Below are positions 9,758 through 20,147 of a DNA stretch of 64,000 bases, one piece after another (position 1 is the first letter of the stretch; every line of letters begins with the position of its first letter). A model generated the notes under the pieces. It had not been told where the DNA came from, searched no databases, and saw only the letters and a program-made list of their open reading frames with translations. The position numbers were made by a program, and so were the translations under genes. This DNA comes from Aulosira sp. ZfuVER01. GTDB lineage: Bacteria; Cyanobacteriota; Cyanobacteriia; Cyanobacteriales; Nostocaceae. The stretch is from positions 1-64,000 of the forward strand of contig JAVRCV020000063.1 of assembly GCA_034530615.2 (NCBI GenBank), given 5' to 3'.

Positions 9758-10513
9758 ATGGGCAAAAATCAGCGCGATCGCACAGCCAAACTTTACCCAG
9801 CAGCACCACCAGGAGTTGTCTTTCACGTGCATGGAGTTGCTAAAATCTACCGCATGGGTGAGGTGGAAGTTCATGCACTAAAGTCGGTTGACCTTGACCT
9901 TTATGAGGGAGAATTTGTCGTACTACTGGGGCCTTCAGGTAGTGGTAAGTCAACTCTGCTTAATATTCTGGGTGGTTTGGATGTGCCTTCTCAAGGTCAT
10001 GTTTTTTTTGGCGATCGCGAGCTGACAAATGCTAGCGAGGCAGAACTTACCCGGTTTCGGCGCGACTGTGTGGGTTTTGTCTTTCAGTTCTACAATTTAA
10101 TTCCCAGCCTCACCGCTAGAGAAAATGTCATGCTGGTGACAGATATTGCCCGTCATCCCATGCGTCCGGAGCAAGCTTTGGCTTTGGTAGGATTAAGCGA
10201 TCGCCTGGATCATTTTCCCGCCCAAATGTCTGGTGGCGAACAGCAACGAGTAGCGATCGCCCGGGCTATTGCCAAGCGCCCGCAGGTATTGTTATGCGAT
10301 GAACCCACAGGCGCGCTGGATTTTCAGACAGGTAAATTAGTATTAGCAGCCCTAGAACAAGTCAATCGTGAACTCGGTACAACAACTGTGGTAATTACAC
10401 ACAATGCAGGTATCGCAGCAATGGCAGATCGAGTGGTGACAATGCGTAGCGGTCAAATTGCCAAAGTACAGCAAAATCAGCAAAAGCTGGCTCCTGAGGA
10501 ATTAGAGTGGTAG
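9758..10513 (+). CDS. ABC transporter ATP-binding protein (MacB/LolD type)
   Basis: [25 protein letters not shown]; start placed downstream of the repeat. Confidence 0.93.
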   Translation: MGKNQRDRTAKLYPAAPPGVVFHVHGVAKIYRMGEVEVHALKSVDLDLYEGEFVVLLGPSGSGKSTLLNILGGLDVPSQGHVFFGDRELTNASEAELTRFRRDCVGFVFQFYNLIPSLTARENVMLVTDIARHPMRPEQALALVGLSDRLDHFPAQMSGGEQQRVAIARAIAKRPQVLLCDEPTGALDFQTGKLVLAALEQVNRELGTTTVVITHNAGIAAMADRVVTMRSGQIAKVQQNQQKLAPEELEW

Positions 10514-10709
10514 AAGGAGGCAGTCCCATTCATGAACAGGAGACGCGGAGACGCGGGGATACGGGGAAAAGATCAATGATTCTTTCAAGTCAGTCAATCA
10601 CGGGAAAAACCCACAACCAAACATAAAAATCTAATTCCCCGCTTCTCCCTGTCTCCGCGTCCGCATGTCTATCTCAAAGCTAAAACTGCCCTTTGCCTTC
10701 AACACATTC

Positions 10710-13076
10710 ATGAAAGCTACTGATATCAAACTGCTACGTGACCTCTGGCATTCTCGCGGTCAAATGATTGCGATCGCTTTGGTTGTGGCTTGCGGAATTG
10801 CTAGCTTTGTCTCGATGCTGAGTGCTTACGAATCCCTGAAGCTGTCCCAAACTACTTATTACCAAGAATATCGTTTTGCTCAGGTCTTCGCTCAACTCAA
10901 ACGCGCCCCTGAATCCCTGAGAACGAAAATTGAGGAAATTCCGGGAGTAGCGCAGGTGCAAACACGGGTAGTAGCAGATGTTAGCCTCGATATTCCGGGC
11001 AGAAGTGAACCAGCGATCGGCAGGTTAATTTCCATACCTGAACGGCAAACACCCATACTCAATGACCTGTTTATCCGTCGGGGGCGCTATATCCAACCAG
11101 AGCGAGATAATGAAGTATTAATTAGTGAAAGCTTTGCCAAAGCCCATCGGCTAGATTTAGGCGATACGCTAGGTGCAGTGATTAATGGACGCTGGCAAAA
11201 ATTACAAATTGTTGGGATAGCACTTTCACCAGAGTATGTCTACGCCATCCAAGGGACAGGTGATATTTTCCCAGATAATCAGCGATTTGGCGTTTTTTGG
11301 ATGGAACGCAAGGGACTAGGAACGGCCTTTGATATGGATGGGGCGTTTAATGATGTCACCCTAACACTGATGCGGGGAGCAATTGAGCCAGATGTAATTT
11401 TTCGCCTTGATAAATTGCTAGAAAGATATGGCGGATTTGGTGCTTACCTGCGCAAAGATCAGCTTTCTAACCGCTTTCTCTCAGAAGAAATTACCCAACT
11501 GCAAGGCACAGCAACTATAGTACCTTCAATTTTTTTGGCGATCGCTGCCTTTCTGCTGCACATTTTATTATCTCGCCTCATCGCTACCCAAAGAGATCAA
11601 ATCGCTGTCCTTAAGGCTTTTGGCTACAACAATTTCAGCATTGGTTGGCATTACCTGAAGTTTGTCTTGGCAATTGTCTTTACAGGTGCAACCTTGGGAA
11701 CGACTTTAGGACTGTGGTTTGGTTCGGCTATAACTCACAACTATGCCCGCTTTTTCTCTTTTCCCATTCTCCGCTATCAAGTAGGCATAGCTGCGGCGAT
11801 CGGGTCAATTCTCATTAGTGGTGGTGCAGCAGTAATTGGTGCTTTTATGGCTGTACAAAAAGCGGTTTCTCTCCCGCCAGCAGAAGCAATGCGTCCTGAA
11901 CCACCCGCCCATTTTCGCCCCACCATAGCCGAACGCCTGGGATTTAGGCATCTTTTATCACCCACGGGTTTAATCGTACTGCGCAATCTAGAACGCAAAC
12001 CAGTACAGGCAATTTTATCTACCGTAGGTGTAGCTTTAGCTGTGGCGATTTTAGTTGTTGGTCGCTATTCTACAGATGCGATGCAACACATGATTGATGT
12101 ACAGTTCCGCAATGTCCAGCGCGAAGATGTGACAATTGTTTTCAATCAGCCGCGTCCATCCCGTGTGAGGTATGAAGTTGCTCATTTACCTGGTGTTTTA
12201 CACGCTGAACTATTCCGGGTAGTAGCCGCTAGGTTGCGATTTGAACACCGTACCTATCGCCTGGCAATTACTGGGTTAGAAGCAGGGGGAGAATTGCGGC
12301 GTTTGGTAAATCGGCAATTGCAGACTGTCTATTTACCCCCGAATGGCGTGGTATTAACAACAAAGTTAGCAGAAATTCTCCGAGTAAAACCCGGTGATAT
12401 GCTGATAGTAGAGGTGTTGGAAGGAGAAAGACCAACCCGCACCATTGCCGTAGTTGGCTTGGTAGATGAACTGATTGGTGTGGCTGCATATATGGATATC
12501 CATGCTTTAAATCAGTTGATGCGTGAAGGCGGAACTGTCTCCGGCGCTTATCTGGCTGCTGATGCGTTGCAAATCAATCGCTTGTATTCTTTATTAAAAC
12601 GCACGCCCGGAGTTACAGGCGTGTCTGTGCGAGAAATGGCGATCGCGCGTTTTCAAGAAACTATTGCTGGTAGTCTCGGTATTTTTACAACTGTATTGGT
12701 AATTTTTGCTGGCATTATCGCTTTTGGTGTGATTTACAACGCCGCCCGTATTGCCTTATCAGAACGCAGTCGGGAATTAGCAACTTTACGGGTAATTGGT
12801 TTTACGCAAGCTGAGATTGCATTTATCCTCCTCAACGAACAAGCTGTATTAACTCTTGCAGCTATTCCCTTAGGGTTTGCGATCGGATTTGGCTTGTGTG
12901 CTTTGATGTCTATTGGTTATAACTCAGAACTTTATCGCTTTCCCTTATATGTCACTAAAGCAAGCTTTGCCTTTGCTTTTATTTATGTAGCAATTTCGGC
13001 GGTAATTTCTGGGTTAATTGTCCGTCGCCAGCTTGTTCATTTGGATTTAGTTGCTGTATTGAAAACGAGGGAATGA
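10710..13076 (+). CDS. ABC transporter permease (FtsX/MacB-like, duplicated domains)
   Basis: Two FtsX-type halves (QIAVLKAFGY, ELATLRVIGF). Confidence 0.9.
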   Translation: MKATDIKLLRDLWHSRGQMIAIALVVACGIASFVSMLSAYESLKLSQTTYYQEYRFAQVFAQLKRAPESLRTKIEEIPGVAQVQTRVVADVSLDIPGRSEPAIGRLISIPERQTPILNDLFIRRGRYIQPERDNEVLISESFAKAHRLDLGDTLGAVINGRWQKLQIVGIALSPEYVYAIQGTGDIFPDNQRFGVFWMERKGLGTAFDMDGAFNDVTLTLMRGAIEPDVIFRLDKLLERYGGFGAYLRKDQLSNRFLSEEITQLQGTATIVPSIFLAIAAFLLHILLSRLIATQRDQIAVLKAFGYNNFSIGWHYLKFVLAIVFTGATLGTTLGLWFGSAITHNYARFFSFPILRYQVGIAAAIGSILISGGAAVIGAFMAVQKAVSLPPAEAMRPEPPAHFRPTIAERLGFRHLLSPTGLIVLRNLERKPVQAILSTVGVALAVAILVVGRYSTDAMQHMIDVQFRNVQREDVTIVFNQPRPSRVRYEVAHLPGVLHAELFRVVAARLRFEHRTYRLAITGLEAGGELRRLVNRQLQTVYLPPNGVVLTTKLAEILRVKPGDMLIVEVLEGERPTRTIAVVGLVDELIGVAAYMDIHALNQLMREGGTVSGAYLAADALQINRLYSLLKRTPGVTGVSVREMAIARFQETIAGSLGIFTTVLVIFAGIIAFGVIYNAARIALSERSRELATLRVIGFTQAEIAFILLNEQAVLTLAAIPLGFAIGFGLCALMSIGYNSELYRFPLYVTKASFAFAFIYVAISAVISGLIVRRQLVHLDLVAVLKTRE

Positions 13077-13255
13077 ATTGAAGAAGGCAGTCCCGATGAA
13101 ACAAGTTTCACCGCCAAGCATGAAAGAGGGACATGGGGACGCGGGGACGCGGGGAAGTGGCAAATTATTCTTTCAAGTCAGAGGGCAGAAGGCACAAGGT
13201 TTTTGAGGGATTCCCAACCAATAACGCAGCTAATTAATTATTAGGAATAATTGCT

Positions 13256-13813
13256 GTGAAAGACTTAAACTTATATTACAAAAACGAGCATAATATCTAT
13301 TTAATTGAAATTCGTCTGGGTAATATTAGCCAAATATTTAACTCATTCGATCCTTCGCCATTTTTAGAAAAAGACCTTGATGAAGATGCCGAATCTTATA
13401 TTGTCCAGTCGGTTAGTGAATTCCAACTGAAAACTCCTCTGAAATTAGTTTTTTATCTACCTCAACAGTTTCACGAAAAAGCAATGCAGATTCTACCAGA
13501 AGCTATTCATAACTATTTTGATTACAAAAAAAATAATGCTGCCACAGAACTGCGTCTGGTTCTCCGTCAAGGTCGTCTTTCTTTAATGATTGGTTTGTTA
13601 TTTTTAGGTGTGTGTATTAGTGTGAGCAAACTAGTTATGCTATTAGGTAATGGAATGTTTGCGAATATCGTTACAGAAGGACTTTTGATTCTGGGTTGGG
13701 TAGCAATGTGGCGACCTTTAGAAATGTTTCTTTATGATTGGTGGCCGATCCATCGCACTCAACAAGTGTTTGAGAAACTTAGTTGCATGACAATTGAAAT
13801 TCGGATTTTATAA
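13256..13813 (+). CDS. Hypothetical membrane protein
   Basis: FNSFDPSPFLEKDLD and GWVAMWRPLEMFLYDWWP conserved-looking motifs; two TM segments. Confidence 0.75.
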   Translation: MKDLNLYYKNEHNIYLIEIRLGNISQIFNSFDPSPFLEKDLDEDAESYIVQSVSEFQLKTPLKLVFYLPQQFHEKAMQILPEAIHNYFDYKKNNAATELRLVLRQGRLSLMIGLLFLGVCISVSKLVMLLGNGMFANIVTEGLLILGWVAMWRPLEMFLYDWWPIHRTQQVFEKLSCMTIEIRIL

Positions 13814-13841
13814 TTATACTTTCTGTATAGTTACTAATTAT

Positions 13842-14312
13842 ATGAAAATAAGATTGTTTCATCAGCAAGATGCCGAGCAAATAGCACAATTATTTCACGA
13901 AACAGTGCGTGAAGTTAATATTAGCGACTACTCAAACAATCAAGTCGCAGCCTGGGCACCAGATAATCTATATTTTAGAGATTGGGCAAAAATTTGCTCA
14001 GAAAGATTCACTTATGTTGCTGACGATCGAGGTGTGATTGCAGGTTTTGGTGAATTAGAGTCAAACGGGCATATAGACTGCTTCTACTGCCATAAAAATT
14101 ATCAACGAATGGGTGTTGGTAGCCAGATTTATGCTGCAATCGAAGCAAAAGCTGATGAATTAGGAATTAATCGCTTATACGTTGAAGCAAGCATTACCGC
14201 CAAGCCTTTCTTCTTGCGCAAAGGATTCTCCATCATCAACGAACAACAGGTAGAACGTAGAGGAGAAACCTTTATTAATTATCTAATGGAAAAGTTTTTA
14301 ATTCCCCAATGA
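13842..14312 (+). CDS. GNAT family N-acetyltransferase (YafP-like)
   Basis: YQRMGVGSQ motif A, EASITAKPFF. Confidence 0.88.
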   Translation: MKIRLFHQQDAEQIAQLFHETVREVNISDYSNNQVAAWAPDNLYFRDWAKICSERFTYVADDRGVIAGFGELESNGHIDCFYCHKNYQRMGVGSQIYAAIEAKADELGINRLYVEASITAKPFFLRKGFSIINEQQVERRGETFINYLMEKFLIPQ

Positions 14313-14388
14313 CAAATTCATTTAACAAACCTCCGCGTCCCTCCGCGCGTACTCTGCGTCACTCTGCGTTAAAAAAGTCTTCTTTCTT

Positions 14389-15765
14389 ATGAAACTATTA
14401 CCTTTCCGCGACGAAGTTAAAGACTTAAGAAAGCGCCTCCCAACAATCTCACCAAAATTGTTGATTTATTCAGCGATCGCTCTGGGAACCACAATCTTAA
14501 TAATCTGGGCTTTCCGTCCGGCTCCAATTGCAGTAGATACTGGGCGTGTCAGTCGCGGTGATTTGCAGGTGACAGTGAATGCAGAAGGTAAAACCAGAGT
14601 ACGCGATCGCTTTGTAGTTTCCGCCCCCGTTGATGGTCGTCTAGCGCGGATTGAATTAGATGAGGGAGATACAGTCAAACCAGGAACCATCGTCGCCCGG
14701 ATTGACCCTCTACCGTTGAATTCCTCAGTAAAACAAGCTTTAGCACAGTTAGCTGAATGGCAAGCGCAACGCGCTGGCGTAGCCACCCAGCGACCCAAAC
14801 AAGCCACCCTAGAACAAGCACAGAAGCGCATCCGAGCAGCTGAAGCATTACAGAAGCAAGCAGTTGCCAAAGTGTCTCAAGCGCAAGCAGCACTCACCCA
14901 AGCACAACGCGATCGCCAGCGCGCCCAACAATTACAATCTACAGGCGTCATCTCTCGCAAAGAACGGGAAACCGCAGAATTGAATGCAACCACGCAGCTT
15001 AAAGAATTTCAAGCGGCAGAATTAGCAGCAAAAGCCGCCGCCGCAGAGGTTGAGCAAGCACGCGCCGCCCTGGCTGTATTGCAAGCACAACAAAGCGACC
15101 CAGATTATTTACTGCGAGTCTACGATGCGCGCATTGCTAATGTTGAGGCGGAACTATCCAAGCTGAAAGATGAAACAGCGCGTACCGTAATACGCTCCCC
15201 CGATCGCGGTCAAGTGCTGCGGATACTGCAAAAAAGCGCTCAGTATGTCACATCTGGAACTCCTTTAATCGAGGTAGGGGATGTTTCTCGCTTGGAACTA
15301 GTAATTGATGTACTTTCCAGCGATGCGGTCAAGATTAAGCCAGGTAATCCCATCCTCATCGATCGGGGAACAGACACTCAACCACTGCGAGCGAAAGTTA
15401 GGCTGGTGGAACCCTCAGCTTTTACCAAAGTTTCTGCCCTTGGGGTAGAAGAACAACGAGTCAATGCGATCGCTGATTTTGTAGACTCACCCGACTCCTT
15501 CGGTGATGCCTACCGCGTCGATGTCAAAATCGTCATTTGGGAAGGTAAAAATATCTTAAAAGTACCACTGAGTGCTTTGTTCCGCTGTGAAAAATCTTGG
15601 TGTGTCTTTACAGTTAAGGATAGTAAAGCATCTCGCCGTTTAGTTGCAGTCGGTCAACGCAGCGACTTTGAGGGAGAGATTCGCCAAGGACTTCAGCAAA
15701 ATCAAGTGGTGATTCTCCATCCCTCAGAACAAATTAAAGAAGGTAGCCGAGTTACCCCTAATTAG
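14389..15765 (+). CDS. Efflux RND/HlyD family periplasmic adaptor (MFP)
   Basis: N-terminal TM, SAPVDGRL lipoyl motif, long coiled coil, KVSALGVEEQRV. Confidence 0.92.
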   Translation: MKLLPFRDEVKDLRKRLPTISPKLLIYSAIALGTTILIIWAFRPAPIAVDTGRVSRGDLQVTVNAEGKTRVRDRFVVSAPVDGRLARIELDEGDTVKPGTIVARIDPLPLNSSVKQALAQLAEWQAQRAGVATQRPKQATLEQAQKRIRAAEALQKQAVAKVSQAQAALTQAQRDRQRAQQLQSTGVISRKERETAELNATTQLKEFQAAELAAKAAAAEVEQARAALAVLQAQQSDPDYLLRVYDARIANVEAELSKLKDETARTVIRSPDRGQVLRILQKSAQYVTSGTPLIEVGDVSRLELVIDVLSSDAVKIKPGNPILIDRGTDTQPLRAKVRLVEPSAFTKVSALGVEEQRVNAIADFVDSPDSFGDAYRVDVKIVIWEGKNILKVPLSALFRCEKSWCVFTVKDSKASRRLVAVGQRSDFEGEIRQGLQQNQVVILHPSEQIKEGSRVTPN

Positions 15766-15793
15766 AGATTGTAATCTTCTTGAGAAGATCTAG

Positions 15794-16345
15794 TTAAGCT
15801 CGTTTCCCAAGGGAAAATGCCGGACGTTCAGACAAGCGTTTGACATAATCCAATACGGCTGGATAAGCACTCAGATCTAGCTTCAGCAGGAGCGAAGCAT
15901 AACTTAATATAGATCCCACAGCTACATCAGCAACAGTAAATTCATTACCCAGTAAAAAAGGTTGCTGCTCAAAAATGTTATTTAAGGGAGTTAACAAACG
16001 AGGCATTTCCCGTTCTCGATTCTCTTCTCCAAAAAGTCCCGGCCCCAAAGTAGCATTAGCAAACAATACCCACTGCGACAAAACACCACGCAACTCCGGT
16101 GAAAGTGCTGTTTTGCCATATTTATCGGCAAGATACAACAAAATTGCTCCTGATTCCCAAAGCTGAAAGTCCCCATCTACTACTGCTGGAACTTTGCCCA
16201 TTGGGTTAATTTTCAAATACTCAGGCTGAAGATGTTCACCTGATTGCATATCTAGGAGCACAAATTCGTAGGGAATTGCCAATTCTTCTAAATACCACTC
16301 GATGATTGACGCACGACTACGAGTACCACCGTAAAGTTTCAGCAT
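15794..16345 (-). CDS. Glutathione S-transferase family protein
   Basis: INPMGKVP, LWESGAILLYL, FTVADV. Confidence 0.95.
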   Translation of the reverse strand: MLKLYGGTRSRASIIEWYLEELAIPYEFVLLDMQSGEHLQPEYLKINPMGKVPAVVDGDFQLWESGAILLYLADKYGKTALSPELRGVLSQWVLFANATLGPGLFGEENREREMPRLLTPLNNIFEQQPFLLGNEFTVADVAVGSILSYASLLLKLDLSAYPAVLDYVKRLSERPAFSLGKRA

Positions 16346-16632
16346 AATTACTTTAGATTCAAGAACTTTGTAAGTGTGGGAATGCTTTTTAATGTTAACT
16401 TTTGTTTTGACCTAGTTACTATTGTGATTCTCAATTCATTGTTTTTGTGACTGGAGATAGAACTTGAGCACAATTTTCTAGCTGGTTGCGCTTTACAGAT
16501 AATCTCGCAGCACGCCTGCACCAAAAACTGTAGGCATTGGCAGGTTGCAGTGGTTAACATTGTGGGTGAAAAATAATGTTGGGTTTCTGAGCATCAATTT
16601 AACCCACCAGAACAGCGATCGCACTTTATCCC

Positions 16633-17472
16633 TTGACTCTGAGCCAGCAAACAATGAGCAACCTGAACTATAGCAACCAGATATTGCACGATCGCTCTTT
16701 CAAAGGGCAGGACTTATCTGGTGCAGATTTCAGTGGTGCAGACTTGCGGGGGTGCAATTTTACAGGCGCAACCTTAATTGGAGCAAACTTTCAGCAGGTG
16801 AAAACAGGACAGAGCCAGCGCCAAGTACGTATGTTAGTTGTTAGCACTATAGTCAGTCCAGTGGTTTTATGCGGCTCTGGTGCGCTCTTTGTGTATCTAT
16901 TAAGTTTATTGTTGAGCGATCGCGCCATCAACTTCTTAATCGGTTCGCTTCCGGTATTATTTTTTTTTGCTGAGATTTTCCTCAGAGATAGTATTAACTT
17001 TCACTTTCCCCAAGCCACAACTTTCTTTGGTATAGGAGCTATTAGTATACTATTTGCAGTCATGGTCGCGCTCACCATCGGACTTGCTTGTATTGGCTTC
17101 TCTGGCTTTGGTAATGGATCTAGCGCTCAAGGATTTTTCTTCTTAATCATGGCGGTTGTTTCTGCGATCGTCACTTTCCGGATTTTTCAATGGCTGATCC
17201 AATCTATTCAAAGTCATCCCGGAACATCTTTTAGAAAAGCGAACTTAACCGATGCAGACTTTAGTTATTCTGAACTTAAAAATACAGATTTTTCCCTTGC
17301 AGTGTTGACGGGAATCTGTATTTTTAAGTGGGCGATCAAACCTTATACCGATTTTACAAATGTTTATTGTAAATATCTTTATTTAGAACCAGAGCAGCAA
17401 AATCGCCAACCTGCTGAAGGGAATTTTCAAGCAAATGAATTGGAACGGGTACTAACTCAATTTAGAAGATGA
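16633..17472 (+). CDS. Pentapeptide repeat membrane protein
   Basis: A(D/N)(L/F)xx repeats flanking a TM bundle; start may be ATG 16654. Confidence 0.85.
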   Translation: MTLSQQTMSNLNYSNQILHDRSFKGQDLSGADFSGADLRGCNFTGATLIGANFQQVKTGQSQRQVRMLVVSTIVSPVVLCGSGALFVYLLSLLLSDRAINFLIGSLPVLFFFAEIFLRDSINFHFPQATTFFGIGAISILFAVMVALTIGLACIGFSGFGNGSSAQGFFFLIMAVVSAIVTFRIFQWLIQSIQSHPGTSFRKANLTDADFSYSELKNTDFSLAVLTGICIFKWAIKPYTDFTNVYCKYLYLEPEQQNRQPAEGNFQANELERVLTQFRR

Positions 17473-17704
17473 ATATAGAAATTGTATTTGAGTGGTGAAA
17501 TTAGTTGTGGAGGCAGACAATAAAAGTTACTAGGCAGATGCTTGGAGATTGCTACCCTAAGTATGAGCTTTGTTGTCTAATGTAGATATTGATACAATCC
17601 ATTTAGAGCAGTTGGAATGAGTTTAAGCGTTACTGTTTAAGCAAACTAGATTCGTATTCGACGTTTGCCGCTGTTACATAATATCGAACTTTTCATTAAT
17701 ACAG

Positions 17705-19459
17705 ATGATACAGTTAGTATTTTTTGTAAAATTAGTTAATCCTGTCTCTGCACATGTATATGATAATGAAAATGTTAAATTCAGGATACTTTTACCAATG
17801 AACAAATCTTTAAAAAAGGCAAATCTAAAAAATTCACTCTTACAAGTCTTTACCAGAAGAAGTACTGTTAAAGGGTTTTGCCAAATATTTATTGCTTTGG
17901 TCTTTACTTCTACTATATTTATAGTAATACCCTATTGGGAACCACAAACAAAAAATGAAAAAGGAGAACTAGTCTGTCAGGGACAGAAAGTTGCTACTGA
18001 AGATTTTATTTGTAGGATTGGTAATTCTAAATTATTGCAACAAATTCAAAACTTCAGCGTTATTTTTGTCGCATTTTTATTTATTTTAGATACCTTTGAA
18101 CGCAAGAAACGGGCATACCGTGAGGCATGGAGTTTGATAGATGGAGCTAGAGATTCTGAAACGAGTGGAGCCAGAATTTTAGCTCTCAAGGAGTTACAAG
18201 AAGATAAAGTTTCTTTGAGAGGGCTAGATGCAGAAAAGGCAGATTTGATGGAAATTAATTTGCAAGGAGCTTTTTTGGAAAAAGCAAATCTTCGAGGTGC
18301 TCTACTTCAACGTATTAACTTAATAAGTGCTAACGTACAAGATTCTGATTTTCGAGAAGCTAACCTGCAAGAAGCAAAGCTACAGAAGGCTAACCTACGC
18401 AGGGTTAAGCTGCAAAGAGCTAAGTTAAATAAAGCTGAGCTTCAGGGTGCAATACTTAGTGGAGCAAATATGCAAAAAGCAACTTTAGAAGAGACTCAAC
18501 TGCAAGAAGCTGATTTATCAGGCGTTGACTTTCGAGAGGCAGATTTATGGAGAGCCAATCTTAGCGGAGCTAATATAGAATCTGCGATATTTACAGGTGC
18601 TAAAAAATTGGATATAGCTCAAGTTCAAAAAGCTAAGAATTGGGAAAAAGCTATATATGGAAAAGACTTTGCCCCTGAACTAGAGAAATCATTGTTAAGA
18701 CGAGATTATCCAAGTGAACTAAATATCGAACAATTAAACCAAAAAACAGGAGAAAATGATTTATTACAATCTTTTATCAAGCTATTTATGCTATCTGAAT
18801 CAAGTAACATTCAAGCAATATTAGAATTGCGGAGAAAACTTGATACAGCTATTGAATTGCTGACAATCAATCAACCCTTATCTGCTCAGGATAGTGTACA
18901 ATTAGAATCCATCGTCACAGAAGTAGTTTCGGAATGGTTAAAAGCTAAGAATGCTACTCCTAGAGATGTAGAAGATGAACTCAGGGATAAGTTACAGAAT
19001 TTTCAAGATATTGGCGAGAATGCTAGAAAGAAACTTGAAAAGGAACAGGAGTTTGATCTTAGCGCTAGCGAATGGTTAAAAATTAGATATGTCAATTTGA
19101 AAGATTTAGGAATTAGAGGTTTTCTGAATAAACATCCAGAGATGACAAAGCCAGGAGCTTTGCTTTATTCACCCGATCAAATTAATCAACTTAGTGACGA
19201 TATTGGGAATTGCTTAAATCTTTTAGTAGAAAGCCTTGCCGCACATAACCTTCCTTCTATTGCTAAGGGAACTATGCTGAAAATGCCTAAATCAATATAC
19301 TTGGGTGTACTTCGCGAGATTTGGGAAGAGGTGATGCCAAAATTTATAGAAATTAAAATGGAAAATGAATCAGAACCACTATCTGATGGAGCGTTTGAAC
19401 GATTAAAAGGATATTTCTTTATTCTAAGAAATCAAATCAATCAACTTCAAGACGAATAA
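17705..19459 (+). CDS. Pentapeptide repeat protein with TM N-terminus and helical C-terminal domain
   Basis: About 25 pentapeptide repeats after SGARILALKELQ; AT-rich; start uncertain. Confidence 0.85.
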   Translation: MIQLVFFVKLVNPVSAHVYDNENVKFRILLPMNKSLKKANLKNSLLQVFTRRSTVKGFCQIFIALVFTSTIFIVIPYWEPQTKNEKGELVCQGQKVATEDFICRIGNSKLLQQIQNFSVIFVAFLFILDTFERKKRAYREAWSLIDGARDSETSGARILALKELQEDKVSLRGLDAEKADLMEINLQGAFLEKANLRGALLQRINLISANVQDSDFREANLQEAKLQKANLRRVKLQRAKLNKAELQGAILSGANMQKATLEETQLQEADLSGVDFREADLWRANLSGANIESAIFTGAKKLDIAQVQKAKNWEKAIYGKDFAPELEKSLLRRDYPSELNIEQLNQKTGENDLLQSFIKLFMLSESSNIQAILELRRKLDTAIELLTINQPLSAQDSVQLESIVTEVVSEWLKAKNATPRDVEDELRDKLQNFQDIGENARKKLEKEQEFDLSASEWLKIRYVNLKDLGIRGFLNKHPEMTKPGALLYSPDQINQLSDDIGNCLNLLVESLAAHNLPSIAKGTMLKMPKSIYLGVLREIWEEVMPKFIEIKMENESEPLSDGAFERLKGYFFILRNQINQLQDE

Positions 19460-19699
19460 TGCATAATATATAAAAATATTCAGGCAATCTCTATCAGAGA
19501 GATATTTGTTTTGAGCAATTGAACCAGATATTAACTTCATATCTGAAATATCTTAAAAGCGCAAAATGCACTTTCGGCTTTTGCGAATTTGTGCATAGCC
19601 TTCTTGGGAAGAAAGCTATGCTATCTTTCTTCCCTTAACCAACATCAAAAAATTCCCGATTTAAAAGTTGCAAAATTATAGATAAACAGAATATCTTGT

Positions 19700-19933
19700 T
19701 TACCAACATCCGCAACGATACCAAAGATATTGGAATTCATTTTTTAAATCCGGAAAACAATTCAGAACATAACAAATATTTTCCTTGTAATCATCTACTT
19801 GGTCAGAGTTGTTATCTATAATCTCCTTAATACTAAACAAAATTTGTCTTAGAGCATTGATATCATTGGTTTGCAATGCATTGGCAATTTGGAAATTAAT
19901 ATCCAAATCTTCATCAAAATCAAATTGTCTCAT
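19700..19933 (-). CDS. Small acidic hypothetical protein
   Basis: 77-aa ORF with ATG in an AT-rich segment. Confidence 0.4.
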   Translation of the reverse strand: MRQFDFDEDLDINFQIANALQTNDINALRQILFSIKEIIDNNSDQVDDYKENICYVLNCFPDLKNEFQYLWYRCGCW

Positions 19934-20147
19934 CGTTTATTTTTCTGTGAGTAATATTACCTGTGCTGGAAAAAGATCAAAGCTATTCAGGCGCAATAAT
20001 CATATTTCTAGTAACATTAATCACAAAGTATTTGCAGTATCAGGAAGCTTGAGACTTACTTTGCAAAGATAGCTTAATTCTTTATAAGAGCTTCATAAAG
20101 TACTACATGAGGCTACGTATTTACTTGGACTTAAATTTTGATAGTCA

